A stretch of 49,697 nucleotides of DNA from Actinomycetes bacterium (GTDB taxonomy: Bacteria > Actinomycetota > Actinomycetes > JAHEKZ01), in contig JAHEKZ010000008.1 in the NCBI GenBank assembly GCA_024644435.1, forward strand, positions 14,471-64,167, written 5' to 3'. A program made the translations under genes and the position numbers. This document shows positions 9,415 to 18,465 of the stretch, in pieces; position 1 is the first letter of the stretch, and each line of letters begins with the position of its first letter. The notes beneath the pieces are model-generated. The model did not search any database and was not told where the DNA came from. It saw only the letters and a list, made by a program, of their open reading frames with translations.

Positions 9415-10449
9415 ATGCGCGAAGCGGTCCTGCTGGTGGGCGGTCAAGGTACGCGGCTGCGTCCGCTGACCCTGACGACCCCCAAGCCGCTGCTGCCAGT
9501 TGCCGGGATCCCCTTTCTGGCCCACCAGCTGGCCGCCCTGCGCCACGCCGGGGTCGAGCATGTGGTTCTGGCGACGTCGTACCGATCAGAGGTCTTCGCG
9601 GAGACCTTCGGCGACGGTTCGCCCGTAGGGTTGCGCATCACGTACGTGCACGAAGATCAGCCTCTCGGCACGGGCGGCGCGATCCGGAACGCTGCGGAGG
9701 GCCTGACGTCCGGGCCTGACGAGCCGGTGGTGATCCTCAACGGCGATGTCCTCTCGGGCCACGACCTGGGGGGTCAGCTCGCGTTCCACCAGCAGGTGGC
9801 CGCCGACGTCACCCTGCATCTGGTGGAAGTTGCCGATGCCCGTGCCTACGGATGCGTGCCGACCGACGCGGAGGGCCGCGTCACGGAGTTCCTCGAGAAG
9901 ATGGACAACCCCGTGACGTCCTGGGTGAACGCCGGCGCGTACGTGTTCCGCCGATCGGTGATCGATGCCATTCCCGCCGGCCAGGTGGTGTCAGTGGAAC
10001 GTGAGACCTTTCCGGGATTGCTGGCTGCTGGGCGAGATGTTCGGGCGTGGAAGGAGACGGCCTACTGGTGCGATGTCGGAACGCCGGAAGCGCTGGTGCG
10101 ATGTTCGGCCGACGTCGTGCTGGGCGTCGCACCGTCGGCTGCCTACCTGCAGTCGGCAGCACCGGCATGGTTCGGCGATCCCAAGCTGTCGCACGATGAC
10201 GTTGAGGTCGTCGGTGGGTCGACCGTTGCGGCCGGAGCCGTGCTGGGCGCCGGCGCGGTGGTCGATGCATCGATCGTGATGGCGGGAGCGTCGATCGGTG
10301 CTGGTGCCACCGTCACTCGCAGCGTGATCGGCGCGGGTGCGGTGGTCGGCGCGGGTGCCGTGGTCGTCGACTCGGTGCTCGGCGATGCGACAACCGTCGA
10401 CCCGGGGGTGCACGTCGCTGCGGGATCGCGCCTGGGGTTGACGAGCTGA
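9415..10449 (+). CDS. manC: Mannose-1-phosphate guanylyltransferase (NDP-sugar synthase; named manB in mycobacteria)
   Basis: LVGGQGTRLRPLT-x-PKPLLP, EDQPLGTGGAI and LNGD motifs; C-terminal hexapeptide repeats; conserved locus. Confidence 0.9.
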   Translation: MREAVLLVGGQGTRLRPLTLTTPKPLLPVAGIPFLAHQLAALRHAGVEHVVLATSYRSEVFAETFGDGSPVGLRITYVHEDQPLGTGGAIRNAAEGLTSGPDEPVVILNGDVLSGHDLGGQLAFHQQVAADVTLHLVEVADARAYGCVPTDAEGRVTEFLEKMDNPVTSWVNAGAYVFRRSVIDAIPAGQVVSVERETFPGLLAAGRDVRAWKETAYWCDVGTPEALVRCSADVVLGVAPSAAYLQSAAPAWFGDPKLSHDDVEVVGGSTVAAGAVLGAGAVVDASIVMAGASIGAGATVTRSVIGAGAVVGAGAVVVDSVLGDATTVDPGVHVAAGSRLGLTS

Positions 10450-11379
10450 GTGTTCGTGGTCGAGCGCACGTGGGTTCCGGGGTTCCCCGTCGACCTGGTG
10501 AACACCCTCGGCCCCTTGAGCCGCGGGCCCCTTCATCGGTCATTTCGCTTCGAGCAGCACCCGCCTGACCAGTCCAGGGTGGCCTGGTGGGCAACATCCA
10601 CACCGGAGGGACCTGGCACCCTTCGGCTGCAGGTGCGGGCCGCGGACGGAGCGGTGCAGGGGGCAGCATGGGGCCCCGGAGCGAGCTGGCTGTGTGACGG
10701 CATCCCGTCATTGCTCGGTGCCGACGACGACCCGGCGGGTTTTGAGCCTGCTCACCCGCAGGTGGCTGAGGCCTGGCGTCGCGCGCGGGGCTGGCGAGCC
10801 ATGCGCACCAGGCGTCCGGTCGAAGCGTGCCTTCTGGCGGTCTTCGAGCAGAAAGTCACGGGGGGTGAGGCGTGGCGCGCCTGGCAGGTGCTGGTTGGCA
10901 GGTTCGGTGAGCCTGCACCAGGTCCAGCTCCGGAGGGGATGGCCGTCGTGCCCTCGGCCAGGTCCTGGCGCAACGTCACTGACGCGGACTTCCATCGGGC
11001 GGGTCTAACTCCGCAGCGTGTTCGAACGTTGCGCGTCGTCGTCTCGGCCGCAGCGGCGATCGAGCGGACGAGTGAGCTCGCAGGGGCCGATGCCGACCAC
11101 GTCCTGCGTGCGCTCCCCGGCGTTGGCGTCTGGACGTCGGCCGAGGTGCGTCAGCGAGCCCACGGTGATCCTGATGCGGTCTCATTCGGCGACTTCCACC
11201 TGGCCAAGGACCTCTGCTGGTGGCTCACCGGCGAGCGCGGCGACGACGACCGCATGGCTGAGCTTCTGCAGCCCTATGCGGGGCATCGCTACCGGGTGCA
11301 GCGTCTGCTGGAGATGTCGGGAGTGTCGGCGCCGAGGCGGGGGCCGCGCATGGCGGTCCCGCACCATCGGTCCAGGTAA
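10450..11379 (+). CDS. HhH-GPD DNA-3-methyladenine glycosylase family protein
   Basis: EQKVTG, helix-hairpin-helix LPGVGVWTSAEV and GDFHL motifs; usual neighbour of fbiB in actinomycetes. Confidence 0.85.
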   Translation: MFVVERTWVPGFPVDLVNTLGPLSRGPLHRSFRFEQHPPDQSRVAWWATSTPEGPGTLRLQVRAADGAVQGAAWGPGASWLCDGIPSLLGADDDPAGFEPAHPQVAEAWRRARGWRAMRTRRPVEACLLAVFEQKVTGGEAWRAWQVLVGRFGEPAPGPAPEGMAVVPSARSWRNVTDADFHRAGLTPQRVRTLRVVVSAAAAIERTSELAGADADHVLRALPGVGVWTSAEVRQRAHGDPDAVSFGDFHLAKDLCWWLTGERGDDDRMAELLQPYAGHRYRVQRLLEMSGVSAPRRGPRMAVPHHRSR

Positions 11380-11385
11380 CGGCGG

Positions 11386-12714
11386 CTACCTCCACCTTGC
11401 ACTGAGTGGATCAGGCGGGGGCAGCGCACTGTGGTGCACGGTGAGTCGGCTGCGATGGGTGAACGTCACTGTGTCGTCGGCGCCGTTGGGTCCGGTGGTG
11501 ATGACCCAGGCGTTGCCGTGCACGGCGCGGTGATGGTGGCTGCACAGCAGTAGGCCATTCGCGAGATCGGTGGTGCCACCCCGCTGCCAAGGCGTGACGT
11601 GGTGCGCGTGCGTCCACGGAGCGGCGCACCCCGGAAAGCGGCAGCCACGATCTCGAACCCACAGCGCCGTGCGCTGGGCGGCTGTGAAGAAGCGGTGGGC
11701 TCGCCCCACGTCGAGAACGGCTCCGGTGGGCGCCTGAAGCACGCGGACCAGGGTGGGGTTGCAGATGAGCTCGTCGAAGACCGCGGACGGTACGGGACTT
11801 CCGCCCGCGAAGCTGGCGGGTCGCCAGTGGTCGGAGGGTGAGGATGCGATGTCAGAGGTAGCTTCGAGCCGCTCCGGGGGAGCTCCGGTCGTCAGAAACG
11901 CCTCGGGTGGCGCGGTGATCAGGACGCGGGGGCTGAGCCCGCCGAAGACGGGGAGAGCGTCAGACTCGGCCGCCACGCGTAGTGCATCGAGCAGGGAGTC
12001 GTGGCGACGCTGGTTCGCTGTTCGCTGGTCGTCCGCGCTCGTGGGCGCGCCGGTGGCCGCAAACAGTTGGGTGAGCAATGCGCCACCCTCGGCAGTCGTC
12101 AGCAGCTCGAGACGCCAGGAGCCGTCGAGGAGAGGGGCCAGGCTCGCCCGGCGAGCCCGAGTCTGTCGGTCGTGGTCGGCCAGACCGCGGTCGGGGTCGA
12201 GGACATAGCGCAGGTGCCTGCCGGCCGCGCGAAGCTGTGCTGGGTCGACCTGGGCGGCGAGGTCGACCAGAAGGTGGACGGCTCGGCGGTGATCGGCGGA
12301 GCCTTCAGACTCAGGGGAGTCGTCGGACGCGGTGAGGTCGTGGAGAGCGCTGGTGATGGCCTGAAGGTGGCCATACGTGATCGTGCCGTCGACCACGGCG
12401 GCAGCAGCCACATCGCTGGCGGGATCGTGCGCCCGCATGCGGGCGGTTCGGACGTGCATGCTTGCCTCACGCGGCGCCATCCGAAGCGTGTGCCTCAGCC
12501 AGGCAGCTGTCGACGTCGCTCCGTCGAGCACCTGCCCGTCACCGGCGGCGTCCGAGACGGCCACTGTCTCGTCGAAGGTCAGCTCCAACGCATCGATCGT
12601 CGAGCGAAGGGTGACGAGCCGAGCCTTCCGCTGGGCGGCTGTCAGCGCGCGGACATCGTCGGCGTGCACTGCGGCAGCGGCCTCAGCGAGAGCCACCAAC
12701 GGCGACGGAGACAT
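11386..12714 (-). CDS. DUF222 + HNH endonuclease protein (REP13E12-like)
   Basis: STAAWLR, QRRHDSL and LDVGR-x-RFFT-x-QR motifs, then RDRGCRFPGC...HHVTPW-x-GGTTDLANGLLLCSHHH (HNH). ATG at 12714 is preceded by a GAGGTG SD. Confidence 0.9.
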   Translation of the reverse strand: MSPSPLVALAEAAAAVHADDVRALTAAQRKARLVTLRSTIDALELTFDETVAVSDAAGDGQVLDGATSTAAWLRHTLRMAPREASMHVRTARMRAHDPASDVAAAAVVDGTITYGHLQAITSALHDLTASDDSPESEGSADHRRAVHLLVDLAAQVDPAQLRAAGRHLRYVLDPDRGLADHDRQTRARRASLAPLLDGSWRLELLTTAEGGALLTQLFAATGAPTSADDQRTANQRRHDSLLDALRVAAESDALPVFGGLSPRVLITAPPEAFLTTGAPPERLEATSDIASSPSDHWRPASFAGGSPVPSAVFDELICNPTLVRVLQAPTGAVLDVGRAHRFFTAAQRTALWVRDRGCRFPGCAAPWTHAHHVTPWQRGGTTDLANGLLLCSHHHRAVHGNAWVITTGPNGADDTVTFTHRSRLTVHHSALPPPDPLSARWR

Positions 12715-12808
12715 CAGGCACCTCACACGCAGGGACGGAATCGTGGACGGTGGTCGCGTCTGCGTGTCTCGACGTGTCGCTCGCCATGAATCGAATCGAC
12801 CAGAACTC

Positions 12809-12831
12809 ACGCTAGAGCAGGGGTCTGACAA
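12809..12831 (-). promoter_or_regulatory. RecA-NDp / PafBC-type DNA-damage promoter of the DUF222-HNH gene
   Basis: Minus strand reads TTGTCAG-ACCCCTGCTC-TAGCGT, i.e. TGTCRG-N10-TANNNT. Confidence 0.75.
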
Positions 12832-12854
12832 CACCCATCTAGGGCGACTGCGCT

Positions 12855-14135
12855 CTAGCGGTCGGCGATGTACTCGCGTGGCTGTCTCGGTGGCCGCGGT
12901 TCCGGTTCCGGGTCCGCGAATCCGACGGCGACCGCACCCATTGGTTGCCAGCCGGCGGGCAGCTCCAATGCCGTGCGCGCCACGTCCGGACAGAAGAGCG
13001 TCGACGAGACCCAGGCCGATCCCACGCCCCGAGTAGACAGCCCGAGGAGGAAGTTCTCGATACCGGCTCCCATGGACAACAGGAACATGGCTGCCTCTGC
13101 AGCTGACCGGCGTGGATCCGGATAGGTGTGGCTGCCCTCGTCGACCAAGCACGGCACAACAAGTGTCGGCGCCTGACGCAGGATGTCGCCCCGTGCAACG
13201 CGTCCGTCGATGGCGGTCTCGTCCAGACCGTCGCCGCGAAGGTCGGTACGCCACTGGTCGGCCATCGCATCCAGCAGGGCTCCACGCCGCTCGCCGGCGA
13301 CAATGACGAACCGCCAGGGAGTGGTGTGATGTGGGGCCGGGGCGGTGACCGCGTCGGCGACGGCTGCCTCGATCGTTGTTCGCGCAACCGGACGGGGGGC
13401 GAAGGTGCGAACAGTCCGACGGGACCGCACCACGTCGGTAGAGCCGAGGGGAAACAGGTCTTCGTCCCGTGGTCGCACGATCGCCGCGGCGCCAGGGCCG
13501 TCGGACGACTGAACCAGGTGACCGAGCCCGCGTACCACGGCGACCGGCGTGCGAGCCGCCTTGCCCATGACCAGCTCGGCCGCAGCCGCGATCTCGTCGG
13601 CGACTGCCGGGACGGTCGCCTCGAGGACGTTGCCGTGGGCATCCGTCGAGCCGCGGAGGTCGAGCAGCGGTGAGATGCCGGCTGCACCGATCGCGATGTC
13701 GGTCTGTCCCAGGCGCCACGGGCGTCCTGCCGTGTCGGTGACGATCACCGCGATCGTGCCGTCGAGGGAACCCTGCAGCGCAGCGCGAAGCGAGCGGGCC
13801 GATGCGTCAGCGTCTTCGGGTAGCAGGACGAGTGAGCCAGGTGCCGCGTTGCTCGCGTCCACGCCGGCCGCGGCGAGCACCAGGCCGTGGCGAGTCTCGA
13901 CGATCTTCAGGTCGCCGCGCTCGGCCACCACTCGCACCGTCTCGCGTGCCACGGCGTCGGCACGGTCGACGCCGGGGACGACACGACCCTCAGCCTTGCT
14001 CACGACCTTGCTCGACACCACGACGATGTCGCCGTCCTGAAGCTGGGCTCCGCCCGCGGTGATGGCGGCCACGAGGTCGTCACCAGGCGCGATCTCCGGC
14101 AGGCCGTCGAGCGCCACTACCTCAAAGCCGCTCAT
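12855..14135 (-). CDS. fbiB: Coenzyme F420-0:L-glutamate ligase with C-terminal nitroreductase domain (FbiB/CofE)
   Basis: LPEIAPGDDL, VVSSKVVSKAEGR, AGVDASN and DTAGRPWRLG; then RRTVRTF and APAPHHTTPWRF (nitroreductase domain). Confidence 0.95.
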   Translation of the reverse strand: MSGFEVVALDGLPEIAPGDDLVAAITAGGAQLQDGDIVVVSSKVVSKAEGRVVPGVDRADAVARETVRVVAERGDLKIVETRHGLVLAAAGVDASNAAPGSLVLLPEDADASARSLRAALQGSLDGTIAVIVTDTAGRPWRLGQTDIAIGAAGISPLLDLRGSTDAHGNVLEATVPAVADEIAAAAELVMGKAARTPVAVVRGLGHLVQSSDGPGAAAIVRPRDEDLFPLGSTDVVRSRRTVRTFAPRPVARTTIEAAVADAVTAPAPHHTTPWRFVIVAGERRGALLDAMADQWRTDLRGDGLDETAIDGRVARGDILRQAPTLVVPCLVDEGSHTYPDPRRSAAEAAMFLLSMGAGIENFLLGLSTRGVGSAWVSSTLFCPDVARTALELPAGWQPMGAVAVGFADPEPEPRPPRQPREYIADR

Positions 14136-14140
14136 GGACG

Positions 14141-15124
14141 TCAGCCGCGCAGCTCGAGAGCGAGGGAGAGGGCCGCACCGGCGAGATCGGCGGCCTCGCC
14201 TGGGGTTGTCATGAGCAGCGGCCGGGATCGTTGGACGACGCCGGGCGGCCCGGCGATGGAGGTGTCCTCATCGGCCACCAGCCAACCGTCGAGAAGGCCA
14301 CCGGCGATGCGCGCACCGTAGTGACCGGCTACCCCCGCTGCCGAGGTCTCCACGCCGATAGCGGAGAGGCACGCGTCCGCCATGCCGCGTACGGGCTTGC
14401 CGCCGATGATCGGCGACACCCCGACGACGGGGGCCGCCGTTGCGCGCAGGGCGTCGCCGATGCCGTCGACCTGCAGAATCGCGCCGATGCTCACGACCGG
14501 GTTGGACGGGGGCAGCAGAACCACGTCTGCCCCGCGAATGGCGTCGAGAACGTCGGCGGTCGGTTGTGCCTCGGCTGCTCCGAGAAAGACGAACTCCAGA
14601 GCTGGACGCCTCGCCTGCTCGCGCACCCACCACTCCTGGAAGTGCACCGCCTGGCGTGACCCGTCATCACCGGTGACCACGACATGGGTCTCGACCGGGT
14701 CGTCGCTCATGGGCAGGAGGCGCATGCCTGGCCGCCACCGGTCGCAGAGCGCGGCTGTCACGTCGGTCAGGGACCAGCCGGCGCGGAGCATCTGGGTGCG
14801 CACGATGTGGGTCGCAAAGTCGCGGTCGCCAAGCGTGAACCAGTCGGGCGGCACCTCGTAAGCCGCCAGCTCGGCACTCACGCTGAAGGTCTCGTCCGCA
14901 CGGCCCCACCCCTGCTCCTCGTGGATGCCCCCGCCGAGCGTGTACATCACGGTGTCCAGGTCAGGACAGACGCGCAGTCCGAAGAGGGTGATGTCGTCGG
15001 CGGTGTTGCCGATCACGGTGATCTCGGCACCGGACCAGTCGTCGCTGCGGGCCTGCAGGTGCTCACGCAGGCCACGAAGAAAGCGGGCGCCGCCGATGCC
15101 CCCTGTCAGGGCGGTGATCTGCAT
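14141..15124 (-). CDS. fbiA: 2-phospho-L-lactate/phosphoenolpyruvate transferase (FbiA/CofD)
   Basis: GGIGGARFL, GLRVCPDLDTVMYTL, WFTLGDRD, HFQEWWV and PSNPVVSI motifs; adjacent to fbiB. Confidence 0.96.
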   Translation of the reverse strand: MQITALTGGIGGARFLRGLREHLQARSDDWSGAEITVIGNTADDITLFGLRVCPDLDTVMYTLGGGIHEEQGWGRADETFSVSAELAAYEVPPDWFTLGDRDFATHIVRTQMLRAGWSLTDVTAALCDRWRPGMRLLPMSDDPVETHVVVTGDDGSRQAVHFQEWWVREQARRPALEFVFLGAAEAQPTADVLDAIRGADVVLLPPSNPVVSIGAILQVDGIGDALRATAAPVVGVSPIIGGKPVRGMADACLSAIGVETSAAGVAGHYGARIAGGLLDGWLVADEDTSIAGPPGVVQRSRPLLMTTPGEAADLAGAALSLALELRG

Positions 15125-15139
15125 GGCAGCATCTTGTCA

Positions 15140-15982
15140 GTGAGCAGACCCGCAGATCTCTCGGCCATGGCCCAGCACTGGACGGACGCCCTGGCGTCCT
15201 GGGCGATCCCGCAACCCATCCTGGACGCAGCAACGCGCGACCCATGGATGCTGCCGGTCGCGAGGTTTGCCGGCCGAGCCGATCGGGCAGTCGCCGATCC
15301 GGCGGGAGTCTCGTTCGAGCGGGCCGCCGAGGTACTCAGAGAAGACCAGGGGTCGGTTCTCGACGTCGGGGCCGGCGCGGGAGCGGCGTCGCTGCCGCTG
15401 GCGCCATGGGCCAGCTCACTCACTGCGGTCGATGGCCAGGCCGCGATGTTGGAGGCGTTTGCAGAACGCGCGTCCACCGTGGGGATTGGTCATCACGAGG
15501 TCCTGGGCACCTGGCCCGCCGTTGCTGCTGAAGTTGCGGCGCACGACGTCGCCGTGGTGCACCACGTCGTCTACAACGTGGCTGACATCGTGCAGTTCCT
15601 GGCGGCGCTCGACGCCAAGGCTCGCAGACGTGTCGTGCTCGAGCTGCCGCCGCATCACCCACTCTCCTGGATGAACCCGCTCTGGAGGCAGTTCCACGGC
15701 ATCGACCGACCCGTGAGCCCGATCGCCGGTGACGTCGTGGAGATCCTGGGCGCCATGGATGTGGCCGACCTGCGCGCTGAGTACTGGACGAACGCCGATC
15801 CGGCAGCAGCTGATGGCTCCGACAGCGAGACGCTCGAGGAGCGGGCAGCACTGGTCACCCAGCGGCTCTGTCTCCCCGTCGAGCGCGAGCCTGACGTGGC
15901 GCTCGCTCTGGCGGACATCGCTCCCGGCTACCACCGCGAGGTGGTCACCATCAGCTGGACGCCGGGAAGCTCACGGGTTTGA
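15140..15982 (+). CDS. Class I SAM-dependent methyltransferase
   Basis: SAM motif I VLDVGAGAG, plus AVD and HHVVYNV. Start is GTG 15140 or ATG 15167. Confidence 0.8.
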   Translation: MSRPADLSAMAQHWTDALASWAIPQPILDAATRDPWMLPVARFAGRADRAVADPAGVSFERAAEVLREDQGSVLDVGAGAGAASLPLAPWASSLTAVDGQAAMLEAFAERASTVGIGHHEVLGTWPAVAAEVAAHDVAVVHHVVYNVADIVQFLAALDAKARRRVVLELPPHHPLSWMNPLWRQFHGIDRPVSPIAGDVVEILGAMDVADLRAEYWTNADPAAADGSDSETLEERAALVTQRLCLPVEREPDVALALADIAPGYHREVVTISWTPGSSRV

Positions 15983-16010
15983 CCACAGGCTGAACCTACG
16001 CAGGTCGGCC

Positions 16011-17066
16011 CTACGCGGGCCGGACGGACGCAGGCTGGACGGACGCAGGGTCGACGGTCGCCGGGATCTCGACCACGAAGCGACAGCCACCACCGACGTT
16101 CTGCACGCGCACGACACCGCTGTGCGCGGTCACGATTCCCTGCACGATGGCCAGACCCAGCCCGGCGCCACCATCTGGGTCAGGGGTACGGGCCTGGTCA
16201 CCACGGAACCCGGCCTCGAATATGCGGCTGAGGTCTGCTTCGGGGATCCCGCCGCAGGCGTCCGTGACCGTCACCGTGGCGGTGCCGTTCACGATGGCGG
16301 CGACCACGTCGACCGTGCCGTCATGAGGTGTGTGGCGAATCGCGTTGCCCACGAGGTTGGTGATCGCGCGCCTGAGCTCGCGCTCGTCGGCGCTGATCGT
16401 GGCGCTAGCAGCACCGCGTGCCTCTGCCGAGAGGGTGACGCCGCGAGCGTCAGCCAGTGGTGTGGTGGCCGCCACGACATCACCGACGACATCGGTCAGC
16501 GAGATCTGTTCGCGAACAAGGTTCAGCGCACCTGCGTTGATGCGGGACAGCTCGAAGAGGTCGTCGACCATGCCGGTCAGTCGGTCGACCTCGGTGCGTA
16601 GCTGACGGTGGTACCGCGCGGGGTCGGGCGCCACTCCGTCCTCGAGCGCCTCGGTCATCGCCCTCATCCCGGCCAGCGGCGTGCGCAGGTCGTGAGATAC
16701 CCATGCCACGAGCTCGCGGCGAGTTCGCTCGGCCTCCTCTGCCCTGGCCTGATCCTCAGCGAGCTCGCGGGAGTGATGCTCGATCTGGTCGATGCGACGT
16801 GACAGCAACAGCCCCACCCCGACGGCGACGAAGCCGGCCGAGGCGCACACCACCAGGACGACACCGAGGTCGTGCGACGACAGGAACATCCGTTGCGAGG
16901 TGGCCACGACACCGACCACCACCGCAACCACCGCGGTCACCGGTGCGAGCCAGGCGAGCGTGCGGGCCGAACGTCGGCCGAGCAGGTGGAGCACAACCAG
17001 GCCCACAGCACCGACCACTGCGCTGCTCACGATCGCCGTGACGGTCACCGACATCCAGGGGTTCAT
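16011..17066 (-). CDS. Membrane sensor histidine kinase (HisKA/HATPase)
   Basis: H-box [11 protein letters not shown]-box [11 protein letters not shown]-x-CGGI and GAGLGLAI; N-terminal TM helices. ATGA overlap with the response regulator stop. Confidence 0.92.
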   Translation of the reverse strand: MNPWMSVTVTAIVSSAVVGAVGLVVLHLLGRRSARTLAWLAPVTAVVAVVVGVVATSQRMFLSSHDLGVVLVVCASAGFVAVGVGLLLSRRIDQIEHHSRELAEDQARAEEAERTRRELVAWVSHDLRTPLAGMRAMTEALEDGVAPDPARYHRQLRTEVDRLTGMVDDLFELSRINAGALNLVREQISLTDVVGDVVAATTPLADARGVTLSAEARGAASATISADERELRRAITNLVGNAIRHTPHDGTVDVVAAIVNGTATVTVTDACGGIPEADLSRIFEAGFRGDQARTPDPDGGAGLGLAIVQGIVTAHSGVVRVQNVGGGCRFVVEIPATVDPASVQPASVRPA

Positions 17067-17821
17067 GACTCTGGCTCCATGGCGTCCCACCGGTATCCGA
17101 CGCCCCATACGGTCATCAGCCGCGCAGGGTCGGTCGGGTCGGGCTCGACCTTCTCCCGCAGTCGTCGAACGTGCACGGTCACTGTGGACTGGTCGCCGAA
17201 TGACCACCCCCACACCTGCTCCATCAGCTCACTGCGCGAGAAGGCGTGACCTGGGTGCGCCAGCAGAAAGGCCAGCAAGTCGAACTCGCGACTGGTCAGT
17301 GGCAGCGGCACCCCGGCGCGGGTTGCGATGTGAGCCACCGTGTCGAGTGTCAGATCACCGTCACGGAGCACTGGGTCGTCGTCGGGCGCTGCGGCACCGG
17401 TCTCACGGGCTGATCTGCGCAGCACCGATTGGACGCGCAACACGAGCTCGCGTGGGCTGAATGGCTTGGTGACGTAGTCGTCGGCGCCGACCTCCAGTCC
17501 GAGGACACGGTCAACTTCGTCCCCGAGTGCGGTCAGCATGATGATGGGGACGTGAGACGTCGCCCTGAGCCGTCGGCACACCTCGAGACCGTCGAGGTCG
17601 GGGAGCATCAGGTCGAGGACGACGAGGTCTGGAGACTCGGCATCGAAGGCTGTGAGGGCGGACGCCCCGTCGCCGACGTGCACCGCCCGCAGGCCCGCAC
17701 GTTCGAGGTAGGTGACCACCACCTCGGCAACCGTGCGGTCGTCGTCGACGACGAGGACCGTCGCAGAGCCGTCGGCCGGCATCGGCGAGGAGCCGGCGGC
17801 TGATGAGGTAGGGGTGCTCAC
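17063..17821 (-). CDS. OmpR/PhoB-family response regulator
   Basis: Receiver motifs VLVVDDD, LDLMLP and [10 protein letters not shown]; winged helix LTSREFDLL...[11 protein letters not shown]...VWGVGY. GTG at 17821 has TACGCT 6 nt upstream. Confidence 0.93.
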   Translation of the reverse strand: MSTPTSSAAGSSPMPADGSATVLVVDDDRTVAEVVVTYLERAGLRAVHVGDGASALTAFDAESPDLVVLDLMLPDLDGLEVCRRLRATSHVPIIMLTALGDEVDRVLGLEVGADDYVTKPFSPRELVLRVQSVLRRSARETGAAAPDDDPVLRDGDLTLDTVAHIATRAGVPLPLTSREFDLLAFLLAHPGHAFSRSELMEQVWGWSFGDQSTVTVHVRRLREKVEPDPTDPARLMTVWGVGYRWDAMEPES

Positions 17822-17870
17822 GGCGTCAGCGTACGTGCGCCTGGCCGTGAGCACCGCCCGTGCTCCGCGG

Positions 17871-18347
17871 TCAGCGACCGGCAACGGGGCAGACAAAGTC
17901 GGCGCCGGGCATCCGGGTGATGGTGATGTCTCCCGCCCCGGCGGCTGTGAGGACATCCTCATCAGAGGTGAGCAGGTAGGGCACGGTGTTCCAGGTCACG
18001 AGGTGCACGGCCCAGCGACCGCCGTGGTAGTTGTCGCCAGGCGCGGCCGACGTGATGGCGAGCTGCTGGGCGACGCCACCGACCACCGGGTAGATGGCGT
18101 CGATGCCTCGTCCGGGCTGACTGGTCGGGGTTGCGACCGTTCGCACGACGTGGCCTTCGTAGTAGAGCGTGCCGAAGTTGGCGCCCTGTGGGTTGCTGCT
18201 GTCGGCCTGCGCCGTTCCTGCACCGACCAGAGGGGTGAGCGCGAGTGCTGCTGCGGCCGCCAACGCTGCGATGCGCGTTGCCGTGGTTCGTGACGGGGCG
18301 GTTCGTGACGGGGCGGTGCGTGACGGGGCGGTGCGTGACGGGGTCAT
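17871..18347 (-). CDS. Small secreted hypothetical protein
   Basis: GAGGAG SD; signal peptide ending AQA; mature part of about 110 aa with APGDNYHGGRWAV...LLTS...FVCPV. Confidence 0.75.
   Translation of the reverse strand: MTPSRTAPSRTAPSRTAPSRTTATRIAALAAAAALALTPLVGAGTAQADSSNPQGANFGTLYYEGHVVRTVATPTSQPGRGIDAIYPVVGGVAQQLAITSAAPGDNYHGGRWAVHLVTWNTVPYLLTSDEDVLTAAGAGDITITRMPGADFVCPVAGR
18285..18344. repeat. Four tandem 15-bp repeats GGT(T/G)CGTGACGGGG(C/T) encoding (T/A)PSRT in the signal n-region
   Basis: Units start at 18285, 18300, 18315 and 18330. Confidence 0.9.
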
Positions 18348-18425
18348 CGGGGCTCCTCGAGCTTCTGGGATGTTCGGTCACTGGTGACGCTAGGCAGCGG
18401 GGGGCGCGGTTCCGAGGGTGAAGCA

Positions 18426-18452
18426 GTGACGAGACCCTTACCGATCCCTGAC
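18426..18452. promoter_or_regulatory. Three 11-bp-phased direct repeats; candidate OmpR-family operator
   Basis: Minus strand reads GTCAG-N6-GTAAG-N6-GTCAC, between two divergent -10 elements (TAGCGT at 18387-18392 on -, TACGCT at 18454-18459 on +). Confidence 0.5.
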
Positions 18453-18465
18453 GTACGCTCGGCCC

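Noticed and set aside
12715-13719. N-terminal 335 aa of the 777-aa ORF 11386..13719
   Set aside because: It is a shadow frame overlapping fbiB. The HNH gene has its own SD and promoter, with ATG at 12714.
16022-16051. 15-bp duplication GGACGGACGCAGG(C/G)T at the kinase 3' end
   Set aside because: Two copies encoding a low-complexity PASV tail; most likely neutral slippage.
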